NCBI GenBank assembly: GCA_045594905.1
Contig: JAZNZK010000015.1
Coordinates: forward strand, 144,960-208,959
DNA from: Ruminococcus sp.
GTDB taxonomy: Bacteria > Bacillota > Clostridia > Oscillospirales > Ruminococcaceae
Length of the DNA stretch: 64,000 nucleotides
Direction: 5' to 3'
In this document: positions 39,549-49,484 of the stretch, one piece after another
Position numbering within the stretch: the stretch's first letter is position 1
How the letters are laid out: the number at the start of each line of letters is the position of its first letter
Notes under the pieces: generated by a model
Told to the model about the DNA's origin: nothing
Seen by the model: the letters and a program-made list of their open reading frames with translations, nothing else
Databases searched by the model: none
Program-made: the position numbers and the translations under genes

Positions 39549-41786
39549 TTATTGCGGCATTTCTCTGTCACTTCCGAATGAGAATTCAGGTCTTTCTGGA
39601 ATTACAAAATTACCGCTTTCGTCAGTTGTTGGCTGAAAATCGCCCTTGTTAAAAGGCATATCCGGCTTTTCAGGCATTATCATATTTCCGTTTTCGTCCG
39701 TAGTTGGCTGGAAATCCTCCATACCGTGACCGCGTCCGCCAAATTGACCTTTATTTCCGCGGCCGCCGCCTCCGAAGCCGCCGCCCATATGGGACTGCTC
39801 TCCGATATAGCTTATGGTATTTTCAGCGGTAAAACTGCCGATTTCCGAGCCTTTTCCGTCATAGCCGCCGATTTCGTATAGTCCAAATTTATTTTCGGAG
39901 GAAGAACCGCCGCCGATTTTTATGCTATATGTCTTTCCCTTTTCAATTTCGGGAGAACTGATAACTATATGGTCAAAAGTTTTTGTCGGAGCAAAGCTGA
40001 TTATCTCGTTGCCATTTTCATCGGCAAGAGTAACAAGAGTATCGGGCTGCTGAGTTGAACCAATAGCCGCAGATACGCAATTCTGCGCTGAATTTGCGGA
40101 GGGAGCTTCTGCCATTCCCGAACTGCCTGCCGCAATAAGCAGACCGCCGTTGACAGTCATTTCTCCGTTTCCGTCAAGAGCACCGTTTCCGCTGTTTGTA
40201 GGACCGTTTACAAGAACTGTACCGCCGCTTATAGTCATATTTCCGTTGGAATCCAGACCGTCACCCTGAGAATCAACATACACCAGACCGCCGCTTATAT
40301 TAAGCTCCACGCCCTGAGAATATGTCCCCATGCCGCCCTGCTGAGTTGTTCCGTCGGTAGCATTAAAGCCGTCATCAGAAGATGTGAGAGCAGTTTCGCC
40401 GCCGCTGATATTTATAACAGCGCCCTCAATTCCCTCATAAGATTCGGAAATCGTAACAGAGCCGCCTGTGATATCAATTGTATTGTCGGCATGAATTCCG
40501 TCATCACCTGCGGTCAGAATGGCTGTGCCGCCGCTTATTATCACATTGCTGTTTGAATGAAGCGCGTCGTCTGCGGAATCTACGGTTATAACTCCGCCTG
40601 TAATTTCAACAGAACTACCGCCTTTCAGCCCTTTCATGCTGTCGGATGCTGTATTTTCCGTTTCGGTTTCAGTTGTAAGATTTGCTGTTTGTTCAGGCGC
40701 AGGCGGTGTCATACCGCCGCCGAAATTATCAGGAGGTGTCATGTTTCCAAAGTTGTCAGGTGGAGTAAAATCTCCGCGGAATCCGCCGAAATCTCTGCCT
40801 TCAAAGCCCATATCGTTTTGTTTAGGTGCGGCATTTTCAGAACCGCCACCGCTTACGATATTTATATTGCCATCAACAGCAATAAGGTCAGTTTCTGCCT
40901 GTATTCCGTCATTTGCGGCATTTATTGAAATATTGCCGCCCTCGATATAAACAAATCCTAAAGCAGTATCGTCAGCCTCAGTTGATTTTATGCCGTCCTG
41001 ACCGCTTTTTATGTCAATTTTTCCGCCGCAAATTGCTGTATAGTCCTTGCCCTTGATACCGTCAGCGGCAGAATTTATTGTGATATTTCCGCCTGTAATG
41101 ACAATATCGTCCTTGGAGTGAATACCGTCTGCAAAATTGGCATTTATGTTGAGAGAGCCTTTGCCGTTTATGGTTATGCTGTCACTGCTGAAAATGCAGG
41201 CATCAGGCTCACTGTTCTGTTCGTCCGCAAAGGTGTAATTACTGCCGTCTGTCAGTGAATTTACGCTGTTTTCGGCAAGAGTAACAAATATTTTGTCGGA
41301 ATCCGCCCCGTATATTGCCGAGGAGGTTTTGCAGGTAATATCTGCATTGTCGAGAACAAGCTGAACTTTAGCCTTATCAGCATTGACAATAATCTGCCCG
41401 TCGTCGAGCTTTCCCGAGATACGATATATACCCTCTTTAGAAATAGTAACAGCAGACCCTTCAACAGATACACCGTTGCCCTTAGCCTTGGCAGAAGTGC
41501 CATTAAGTGTAATTTCAGCGGTGAAATCGCCGTATTCCGCAGATTTGTCCCTATCGGAGAAAAGTTCATTGTAGGGCTTTCTGACAGTAGATGCCGGAAT
41601 TGCTTTTTCTTCGGGAACTGTCACAGCTTCGGTAGGTTCTGCCTTAGTGCTTTCAGTGACAATATTTTCCGTGGGAGCTGTTGGCAGTGGAGCTGCTTTT
41701 TCTCCACTGCATCCTGCAAGAGATGCAGAAAGCAGAGCTGCTGTAAGGAAACCAATGGATTTTTTTGATTTTTCTGAATATTTCAT
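39549..41786 (-). CDS. Cthe_2159/DUF4353-like beta-helix lipoprotein
   Basis: Lipobox LAGC, repeated I.GG.I.I.A..DGI units, DGLDSNG, TPPDNFG repeats. Confidence 0.85.
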   Translation of the reverse strand: MKYSEKSKKSIGFLTAALLSASLAGCSGEKAAPLPTAPTENIVTESTKAEPTEAVTVPEEKAIPASTVRKPYNELFSDRDKSAEYGDFTAEITLNGTSAKAKGNGVSVEGSAVTISKEGIYRISGKLDDGQIIVNADKAKVQLVLDNADITCKTSSAIYGADSDKIFVTLAENSVNSLTDGSNYTFADEQNSEPDACIFSSDSITINGKGSLNINANFADGIHSKDDIVITGGNITINSAADGIKGKDYTAICGGKIDIKSGQDGIKSTEADDTALGFVYIEGGNISINAANDGIQAETDLIAVDGNINIVSGGGSENAAPKQNDMGFEGRDFGGFRGDFTPPDNFGNMTPPDNFGGGMTPPAPEQTANLTTETETENTASDSMKGLKGGSSVEITGGVITVDSADDALHSNSNVIISGGTAILTAGDDGIHADNTIDITGGSVTISESYEGIEGAVINISGGETALTSSDDGFNATDGTTQQGGMGTYSQGVELNISGGLVYVDSQGDGLDSNGNMTISGGTVLVNGPTNSGNGALDGNGEMTVNGGLLIAAGSSGMAEAPSANSAQNCVSAAIGSTQQPDTLVTLADENGNEIISFAPTKTFDHIVISSPEIEKGKTYSIKIGGGSSSENKFGLYEIGGYDGKGSEIGSFTAENTISYIGEQSHMGGGFGGGGRGNKGQFGGRGHGMEDFQPTTDENGNMIMPEKPDMPFNKGDFQPTTDESGNFVIPERPEFSFGSDREMPQ

Positions 41787-41833
41787 TTTATCACCCTTTT
41801 AAACGGTTTCCCAATTCCTTTTTCTATGATTTT

Positions 41834-41867
41834 ATTCTACATTATTTTTATGACAGTTTCGTGAAAA
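41834..41867 (-). promoter_or_regulatory. Pho-box-like site plus -10
   Basis: TTTTCAC-GAAA-CTGTCAT, 10 bp, TAGAAT (minus strand). Confidence 0.55.
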
Positions 41868-42011
41868 TACAACGAAAACGCAGTAAATTCTTTGTGTATG
41901 GTTTTTTCTGTGAGAATTTTAAAAAATCTCTTTACAAATTAGAAAAAATAGTGTATAATAATTATATCAGATTAAACAAATCTGAAAACATTTAGATATA
42001 GGGAGTAAATT

Positions 42012-42806
42012 ATGTACACAATCAAAAATTTCACAGACAATGACGATATTAATATTATCGCACAGGCAGGAGCCTTCACAGTTATTGAGTATAAGCGTGA
42101 CCTCAGCGTAACGCCTCAGACAGCGGCTACAGCATTTTTCAGCGCTCACATGAACGTCCGCAAGCGTCAGGTTATTTGCGACCTTAAAAAAGCAAATATT
42201 ACAACTCAGGCAGGAGCAATGCAGTGGATGCTTGGCGATGTTAACGCTACAACAGGTGTTAAGGGCGTTGGTGACTTTTTCGGTAAAGCTGTACGCGGAA
42301 AAATGACAGGTGAATCCGCAATAAAGCCCGAATATACAGGAAGCGGCGTGCTTGTATTAGAGCCTACATACCGCTATCCTATTCTTCTTGATGCGGCAGA
42401 GTGGAACGGCTCGGTTGTACTTGATGATGGTCTTTTCCTTGCTTGCGATTCTGCATTGCAGCACAAGGCTGTTATGAGAACAAATCTTTCATCTGCGGTT
42501 GCAGGTGGTGAGGGACTTTTCAACCTCAGCCTTAACGGTTCAGGAATTTTCTGTATTGAATCTGAATGTCCCAGAGAGGAACTTATAGAAATTACTCTCC
42601 AGAACGACGTGCTCAAGGTTGACGGTAATTTCGTTATTGCATGGAGCAATACGCTGAATTTCACAGTTGAGCGTTCAGGAAAGAGCCTCCTCGGTTCTGC
42701 GGCTTCCGGAGAGGGACTTGTAAACGTATACCGCGGCACAGGTAAGGTTCTTATGATGCCTGTTAAGGGTGTAAGTTTACGTAATCAGCTTGTACTTTCA
42801 ACATGA
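42012..42806 (+). CDS. AIM24 family protein
   Basis: QAGAMQW, GGEGLFNL.L.G.G, VDGNFVIAW, SGEGLVNVYRGTGKV. Confidence 0.88.
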   Translation: MYTIKNFTDNDDINIIAQAGAFTVIEYKRDLSVTPQTAATAFFSAHMNVRKRQVICDLKKANITTQAGAMQWMLGDVNATTGVKGVGDFFGKAVRGKMTGESAIKPEYTGSGVLVLEPTYRYPILLDAAEWNGSVVLDDGLFLACDSALQHKAVMRTNLSSAVAGGEGLFNLSLNGSGIFCIESECPREELIEITLQNDVLKVDGNFVIAWSNTLNFTVERSGKSLLGSAASGEGLVNVYRGTGKVLMMPVKGVSLRNQLVLST

Positions 42807-42917
42807 TTAAGCAGATATAAAACATAAAAAGTCTGGACCGCCTTGTGCGGTCCGATTTTTTACACTTTACATTTTCAGTATAATGATGTATAATGTAATT
42901 ACAAGGGCGGTGATAAA

Positions 42918-43304
42918 ATGACAGCATATCTGAAAAAATACATGGAAGAATTACAGCGGCGGCTTGAAGGATATGCAGACAAAGCCGAACTGGAGGAAAT
43001 ATTTCAGGAGCATAAAGACAAGATAGCTTTCATGCAGCATGAAAGAATTGTCCATTTTCTTGTGACGATGATGTTTGCCATAGTCCTTGCAATATTCGTA
43101 TGCGCCTTTTTATTTACCGAAAATCCTGCGCTTATGCTTCTTGTAGTTATAATAATGGTGCTGTTAGGATTCTACATAAAACATTATTATTTCCTTGAAA
43201 ACACCGTTCAGGAGATGTATAAAATATACGATAAAATGCTGATTCTGCGCAGAAAGGAGGCTGACAGCAATGACGAAAAAGGAAATAGCACGGCTTGCCT
43301 GTGA
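42918..43304 (+). CDS. Hypothetical membrane protein (2 TM)
   Basis: QHERIVHFLVT, HYYFLENTVQ; SD GGTGA. Confidence 0.7.
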   Translation: MTAYLKKYMEELQRRLEGYADKAELEEIFQEHKDKIAFMQHERIVHFLVTMMFAIVLAIFVCAFLFTENPALMLLVVIIMVLLGFYIKHYYFLENTVQEMYKIYDKMLILRRKEADSNDEKGNSTACL

Positions 43305-43908
43305 GGAGTTACAGAAGATTTACCCCGATGTGAAATGCTCCCTTGACTACACAAAGCCCTATGAGCTTATGATAGGGGCGCGGCTTGCAGCACAGTGCAC
43401 TGATGCAAGGGTGAATATCGTCACAAAAACGCTTTTTAAGAAATATCCCGATTTGCAGTCTTTTGCCGATGCAGACCTTGAAGAACTCGAACAGGACGTA
43501 AAGCCCTGCGGATTTTATCACACTAAAGCAAAGAGCATTAAAGAAATGGCAAATCAGCTTATAAATAACTTCGGCGGCGAAGTCCCCGACACTATGGAAG
43601 AACTGTTGACGCTGTCGGGAATTGGCAGAAAAACGGCAAATCTTATGCTTGGGGATATCTTCGGTAAGCCTGCGATTGTTACAGATACCCACTGCATACG
43701 CATAACAGGGCGGCTTGGACTAACCAAAAACAAAGAGCCTGCAAAGGTTGAAGCGGATTTGGTCAAGCTGATTCCTCCCGAAAATTCAAGCCATTTCTGT
43801 CATCAGATTGTAGAATTCGGCAGGGATATATGCAGTGCAAGAAACCCAAAATGCGATAAATGTCCGTTAAACTATTTCTGCAAATATTATAATGGAGGTA
43901 AAAAATAA
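43270..43908 (+). CDS. nth: Endonuclease III
   Basis: AQCTDARVN, HhH LSGIGRKTAN, DTH, C-x6-C-x2-C-x5-C. Confidence 0.96.
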   Translation: MTKKEIARLACEELQKIYPDVKCSLDYTKPYELMIGARLAAQCTDARVNIVTKTLFKKYPDLQSFADADLEELEQDVKPCGFYHTKAKSIKEMANQLINNFGGEVPDTMEELLTLSGIGRKTANLMLGDIFGKPAIVTDTHCIRITGRLGLTKNKEPAKVEADLVKLIPPENSSHFCHQIVEFGRDICSARNPKCDKCPLNYFCKYYNGGKK

Positions 43909-44297
43909 TGCTATTTACATTTCAGCTTAAAACTCCCGCACAGGGACTTATAAACATTACTCCTGAAATAAGGGAGGCTATCAAGGAAAGCGGCGTGCTG
44001 GAGGGAATATGCGTGGTATTCTGTCCTCATACCACTGCGGCAATAACTATAAATGAAAACGCTGACCCCGATGTTAAATCTGATTTTATTAAAGGAATGG
44101 ATAAATTCTTTCCCGATTTAAACGAATTTCAGCACTGCGAAGGCAATTCTGACGCTCATATAAAATCCTCAGCAGTTGGAGCAAGCGAGACGATTATAAT
44201 AACAGGCGGAAATCTTCTTCTTGGCACATGGCAGGATATTTATTTCTGTGAATTCGACGGACCACGTAACCGTAAATTTTATGTAAAGATTATGTAA
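43908..44297 (+). CDS. yjbQ: YjbQ/UPF0047 protein
   Basis: HTTAAITINENADPDV, GNSDAHIK, LGTWQ..EFDGPR. Confidence 0.93.
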   Translation: MLFTFQLKTPAQGLINITPEIREAIKESGVLEGICVVFCPHTTAAITINENADPDVKSDFIKGMDKFFPDLNEFQHCEGNSDAHIKSSAVGASETIIITGGNLLLGTWQDIYFCEFDGPRNRKFYVKIM

Positions 44298-44494
44298 CAG
44301 ATTATTAGTTAAGCAATATAACACCGTAACATAAAATTAAAACATTCTAAACCACTTAACAGATATGTCTATTAATTTAAAAGGAATTTAAGTTGAGTTT
44401 AAGCTGTCTTTCTGCAAAATTGCCAAAAGGACAGCTTTTTATTTGTGTAGTTATACAAAGTTTCACTTCGAAATAAAAATTAAGTTGAAATTAC

Positions 44495-44523
44495 TTGATT
44501 TTTACCTAAATGAAGAGTATAAT
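44495..44523 (+). promoter_or_regulatory. sigmaA promoter of mannanase gene
   Basis: TTGATT-17-TATAAT. Confidence 0.65.
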
Positions 44524-44627
44524 TAAAGTTAGGAAGTAAAGAACATCAATGGGATATGATGTTCGAATGTAGGAACAGCTGCATAAATATCAAGCGGCGT
44601 TACTATCAACTTATGGAGGGAATTAAC

Positions 44628-47600
44628 ATGCACAAATTATTTATGAAAAAGGCAGGAGCTGCTGTTATGGCTGCTGCTATGGCATTAAACAGCGCGGTTA
44701 TTACTGCTGTTTCTGTTAATGCCGCCGACTCAGAAAAGTACGAGTTTGAAAACGGAACTCTGACCGAAACTGTTGAGGCAGTTACAGAGTCAGGCGCAAG
44801 CGGCGGTAAAGTTGCTTACATGCAGGACGACGGAACAGTTTCCGTTGATGTGGAAGTTGCTTCTGCAGGTATGTACAAGCTCACAATCTACGCTTACGGT
44901 GTTGGCGGTTCTAAAGTTCAGAATCTTGCTATCAACGGCGTTGACCAGGCACAAATCAGTATTCCTGAGGGTGATTTTGCACCTATTTCTACAACTGCAA
45001 AGCTCAATGCAGGTAAAAATACAATTACTATCAGCAAATCATGGGGCTGGACAAAGTTCGACTACATGACAGTTGAGGAAGCAACTCTTTCTCCTATAAA
45101 GGCTCTTGAAACAACTCCTTGCGATATCAATGCCACAGCTGAGACACGTTCTCTCATGGCTTATCTTGCAAGCGTATATGGAAAAAATATTATCTCAGGT
45201 CAGCAGGAAATCTACTCAGGCGGCCCTCACGGTCTTGAAACTGAGTTTGAGTATCTCAAGGACCTTACAGGTGAGTATCCTGCTATCAGAGGTTTCGACT
45301 ACGGTAACTTCTGCTGTCCTGCTTTCGGCAGCGATGACGGCTCAACTGACCGTATCATTGAGTGGGTAAAGGATAGAAAGGGTATTGCTACTGCTTCTTT
45401 CCACTACAACGTTCCTAAGGATTTCGCAAGCTATGAAATCGGTCAGAAGATTGACTGGGCTCAGACAACATACACAGCTAAGGATACAGACTTCTCACCT
45501 TCAAAGGCTGCTACACCCGGCACAAAGGAAAACGAGTACTATATGCAGGGACTTAAAACTCTTGCTAAGGAGTTCAAGGAACTTGAAGCTCAAGGAATCC
45601 CTGTTCTCTGGCGACCTCTCCACGAAGCAGAGGGCTCAGGCGGCGAGTCTGGTTCTTGGTTCTGGTGGGGCAGAGAGGGTTCAGAGGCTTACAAGAAACT
45701 CTGGATTTATACATATGAAACACTTACAAATGAGTTCGACTGCCACAATCTCATCTGGGAGTGGAACAGCTATAACTATGAATATTCAGATGATTGGTAT
45801 CCGGGAGATGCATACGTTGACATTATCGGCTATGATAAGTACAACTGTACAGACTGGTCCACAGGTTCTGCTGTTCTGAAGCACAATGACAGCGCTATCG
45901 GTTCAACATTCTACGGAATCATGGACAGATACGACAGTGTTAAAATGGTTGCTATGACAGAGAACGACAGCTTCTCTACTGTTGATAATCTTATTGACGA
46001 AAAGGCTGGCTGGCTCTATTTCTGTACATGGTATGACGGTGGAAGCCCTGATACAAACTTCCTTTCAAATCCTGCATTCAATACAAAGGAAGACACAATC
46101 GAGATGTATCAGAGTGATTACTGCATTACTCTTGATGAACTTCCGGCAGACCTCTATTCAAAGGACATAGCACCTGTAGATCCTTCAAAGACAACAACAA
46201 GACCTACAACAAAGCCTACTACAACTACAACTCGTGCTACAACAGAGGCTGATCCTAACAAGGATTACGGTACAGTTAAGTACGACAAGACAACAAAGAA
46301 TTTCAAGATTACTCTCCCTGAGGCTGCTAAGGAATTCTACATAAATGTAGAGCTTCCAAAGAATGTTACATATGCTAACGGCGGTATGGGCGTTTCAATT
46401 CCTCTTGACGGCGAATACTACTGGGTAAATCTCCAGTGGGAAGCTAAGAGCAGCGGCTCTATCAAGATTAATGTAGAAGATAACTTCCTCAACTGCTCAC
46501 TGGGAACAGAAGTTATTGAGGACGAGGCTCTTATCGAAAAGATCAAAGCAGAGCTTGGCAAATCTGATACATATGAGGGACAGATTTGGTATGCTGAGGC
46601 AGACGGTGAGGCTCTTACAGATAAGTCAGGAATCCAGATTCTTGATGCATATCTCTTAAAGGGCGGTTCTTCTACAACAACTCCCACAACTCCCGTACTT
46701 CCTCCCACACAGTATGACGGTTTCTATGTAGACGGTCAGACTATTCGTGACGCTAACGGAAACGAGTTTGAAATGCGCGGTGTAAATATCGCACACGCTT
46801 GGTATAAGGACAAGACAGAGCAGTCTATCAAGGCAGCTGCTGAGCTTGGTACAAACTGTGTACGTATTGTATGCTCTGACGGTGTGAAGTGGGATAAGAC
46901 AACAAAGTCTGAAATCGAAAAGATTATCGGCTGGTGTAAGGCTAACAAGCAGATTTGTATTCTTGAAGCACACGACGCTACAGGAAGCAATAATATTGCA
47001 GATATCGTAACAGCTGCTGAATACTGGGCAACAATGACTGACCTCCTCAATGACAACGCTGAGTATGTTATCCTCAACATTGCTAACGAGTGGTACGGCG
47101 AGTGGAACAGTGCTACATGGGCTGACGGATGCAAGCAGGCTATCAAGGTAGTTCGTGATGCAGGCATCAAGAACATGATTATGATTGACTGTGCAGGCTG
47201 GGGACAGTATCCCACATCAATCAAGGAGGAGGGTGCATCTGTATTTGCATCTGACCCTGATAAGAACACTGTATTCTCAATGCATATGTATGAGTATGCA
47301 GGCGGCACAGCTGACATGGTAAAGAATAACATTGACGGCGCTCTTCAGTGCGGTGCACCTGTACTCGTAGGTGAGTTTGGACTTAAGCACACTGACGGTG
47401 ATGTAGATGAAGCAACAGTTATGAGCTACTGTGAGCAGAACGATATGGGTTATATCGCATGGTCATGGATGGGTAACAGCGGCGGCGTTGAGTATCTCGA
47501 CCTCGTAAGCAGCTGGGACGGCTCAAAGCTCACAGAGTGGGGCGACATTTACTTCAACAAGATCAAGAATAATTCCGCACTTGCATCTGTATACACAGAG

Positions 47601-47849
47601 GGCGTAACACCTCCTTCAGCAAATGTTACACTTATAGGTGACGCAAACTGCGACGGCAAAGTAACAATCGCAGATGCTACAGCAATTCTCCAGGCTGTAG
47701 GAAATCCTGATAAGTATGGACTTTCAGAGCAGGGTGTTGCCAATGCAGACTGCTCAAATCCCGGAGACGGCGTAACAGCTGCCGACGCTCTCGCAATCAA
47801 GAGACTTGATGCAAAGCTTATTAGTAAACTGCCAGAACTTACAGCATAA
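44628..47849 (+). CDS. Cellulosomal beta-mannanase: CBM35-like, GH26, unknown module, GH5, dockerin
   Basis: WRPLHEAEG/WFWWG/WYPGD (GH26); GVNIAHAW, NIANEW, HMYEY, VGEFG (GH5 mannanase-like); C-terminal dockerin. Confidence 0.92.
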   Translation: MHKLFMKKAGAAVMAAAMALNSAVITAVSVNAADSEKYEFENGTLTETVEAVTESGASGGKVAYMQDDGTVSVDVEVASAGMYKLTIYAYGVGGSKVQNLAINGVDQAQISIPEGDFAPISTTAKLNAGKNTITISKSWGWTKFDYMTVEEATLSPIKALETTPCDINATAETRSLMAYLASVYGKNIISGQQEIYSGGPHGLETEFEYLKDLTGEYPAIRGFDYGNFCCPAFGSDDGSTDRIIEWVKDRKGIATASFHYNVPKDFASYEIGQKIDWAQTTYTAKDTDFSPSKAATPGTKENEYYMQGLKTLAKEFKELEAQGIPVLWRPLHEAEGSGGESGSWFWWGREGSEAYKKLWIYTYETLTNEFDCHNLIWEWNSYNYEYSDDWYPGDAYVDIIGYDKYNCTDWSTGSAVLKHNDSAIGSTFYGIMDRYDSVKMVAMTENDSFSTVDNLIDEKAGWLYFCTWYDGGSPDTNFLSNPAFNTKEDTIEMYQSDYCITLDELPADLYSKDIAPVDPSKTTTRPTTKPTTTTTRATTEADPNKDYGTVKYDKTTKNFKITLPEAAKEFYINVELPKNVTYANGGMGVSIPLDGEYYWVNLQWEAKSSGSIKINVEDNFLNCSLGTEVIEDEALIEKIKAELGKSDTYEGQIWYAEADGEALTDKSGIQILDAYLLKGGSSTTTPTTPVLPPTQYDGFYVDGQTIRDANGNEFEMRGVNIAHAWYKDKTEQSIKAAAELGTNCVRIVCSDGVKWDKTTKSEIEKIIGWCKANKQICILEAHDATGSNNIADIVTAAEYWATMTDLLNDNAEYVILNIANEWYGEWNSATWADGCKQAIKVVRDAGIKNMIMIDCAGWGQYPTSIKEEGASVFASDPDKNTVFSMHMYEYAGGTADMVKNNIDGALQCGAPVLVGEFGLKHTDGDVDEATVMSYCEQNDMGYIAWSWMGNSGGVEYLDLVSSWDGSKLTEWGDIYFNKIKNNSALASVYTEGVTPPSANVTLIGDANCDGKVTIADATAILQAVGNPDKYGLSEQGVANADCSNPGDGVTAADALAIKRLDAKLISKLPELTA

Positions 47850-47872
47850 TTCCTATACCCCCTATTCATAAA

Positions 47873-47903
47873 AAAACGAGCCTGAGAAATCGGGCTCGTT
47901 TTT
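47873..47903. terminator. Bidirectional terminator
   Basis: aaaacgagcctga-loop-tcgggctcgtttt between convergent genes. Confidence 0.8.
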
Positions 47904-47908
47904 GCATG

Positions 47909-48679
47909 TTATTTTTTATTTTTCCTATAAATAATAGTAAGACCACGAATAAGGAGATTATTGTCAACGTGCACCGTTTTTTTGCAAAGGGGAATTACAG
48001 TTGATGCAAGTCCGCCTGTAGCAACGGCAGTACACGGCTCACCAAGTTCTTCCTCAATACGCTCAATTATGCCGTCAATAGCACAAGCATTTGAAAACAG
48101 CGCACCGCTTTTCATACAGTCAATTGTGTTTCGTCCGATAATGTTCGGCGGCATCTCAAAATCAATTTTCGGCAGCTGTGCCGTGCGGTTAATAAGGGCA
48201 TCAGCGGCAACTCCCATACCCGTCATAATAAGTCCGCCAAGATAATTTTTGTTGCTGTCAACAACAGAAATGGTTGTGGCAGTTCCCATATCAATGATAA
48301 TCAGTGGAACGGGATATGAATTTATAGCCGCAACAGCATCAACAGCCTGGTCGCAGCCAAGCTGTCTTGGATTATCAATAAGTATATTCAGACCTGTTTT
48401 CACTCCAGGACCTGCTACCATAACATCAACCTTGAAAAGCTTTTTTATAGCTTCTTTTACGGTATTTGTCACCGAGGGGACTACAGATGACATAACAGCG
48501 TCGGTTATTTCCTCGCATCTGAAATTGTTCATTTCAAGGAGCGTCTTGATAAGTACCGCATATTCAGCGGCGGTTGCATTGTGATTTGTGGAAATTCGCT
48601 CAAATACTACAATTTCATCATTATCGTTTACACAACCGAAAACAATATTTGTATTGCCAATATCAGCAGCTAAAAGCAT
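47909..48679 (-). CDS. coaX: Type III pantothenate kinase
   Basis: DIGNTN, SSVVP, LGCD, DMGTATT, ATGG. Confidence 0.95.
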   Translation of the reverse strand: MLLAADIGNTNIVFGCVNDNDEIVVFERISTNHNATAAEYAVLIKTLLEMNNFRCEEITDAVMSSVVPSVTNTVKEAIKKLFKVDVMVAGPGVKTGLNILIDNPRQLGCDQAVDAVAAINSYPVPLIIIDMGTATTISVVDSNKNYLGGLIMTGMGVAADALINRTAQLPKIDFEMPPNIIGRNTIDCMKSGALFSNACAIDGIIERIEEELGEPCTAVATGGLASTVIPLCKKTVHVDNNLLIRGLTIIYRKNKK

Positions 48680-48887
48680 AAATTTGTACCTCCCATTTTG
48701 AGTATAACTACATTATACCATATTTTCACCCTAAAATCTATAGATTTTGAAATTATTTTGAGCTATGACAGCATAATATTATTGACGAATTTACACAGCA
48801 TTTATTGTGCAATGTGTACATTGTGGGAAGTCTGATAATATGATATAATTAAGATAGGAATATATGCTGACAGAGGAGGAAATTATA

Positions 48888-49148
48888 ATGCCTGAAATAA
48901 GTTTATTCTATGGAATAAGAGTAACAATGTACTATACAGACCATAATCCACCTCATTTTCACGTTGAATATGCTGGAATGAAGGCGATGATTGATATATT
49001 AAACGGTTATGTAATGCGTGGCAGTCTGCCTAATAAACAAATAAAATTGATACTTGCATGGTGTGAAATACATCGTGATGAGCTTATGCAGAACTGGGAA
49101 CTTGCCAAAAGCAATCAGCCATTAAATAGGATAAATCCATTAATTTAA
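48888..49148 (+). CDS. DUF4160-like protein (putative toxin)
   Basis: MPEISLFYGI..DHNPPHFH..L..NW. Confidence 0.8.
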   Translation: MPEISLFYGIRVTMYYTDHNPPHFHVEYAGMKAMIDILNGYVMRGSLPNKQIKLILAWCEIHRDELMQNWELAKSNQPLNRINPLI

Positions 49149-49165
49149 ACAAAAGGAGAACAATT

Positions 49166-49462
49166 ATGCAGAACGATATATTTCCTGTGGTTGTTCAGAC
49201 ATTTGCAGGCGAAGATTATACCGTATATGCCTATATGCTTGACGGAACAATCAGAAAATTATCCGTTAAACATCTTGTAGAACAGGGCGGTGTATGGGAA
49301 AAGCTGAAAGACTACGATTTTTTCCGCAATGCTCTCACCGTTATGAATGATACGGTAGCATGGGATTTGTCAGGCTGCTTTGACCCTGCAAACTGTATAG
49401 ATATTGACCCATTTATTGTTGCCGAGAGTGAGGCTGTTTCAGACCCTCTTAGTGCGGCATAA
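49166..49462 (+). CDS. DUF2442-like protein (putative antitoxin)
   Basis: DGT, TVAW..DIDP; paired with DUF4160-like gene. Confidence 0.75.
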   Translation: MQNDIFPVVVQTFAGEDYTVYAYMLDGTIRKLSVKHLVEQGGVWEKLKDYDFFRNALTVMNDTVAWDLSGCFDPANCIDIDPFIVAESEAVSDPLSAA

Positions 49463-49484
49463 AACTTTTTCAAGGAGAATAAAT

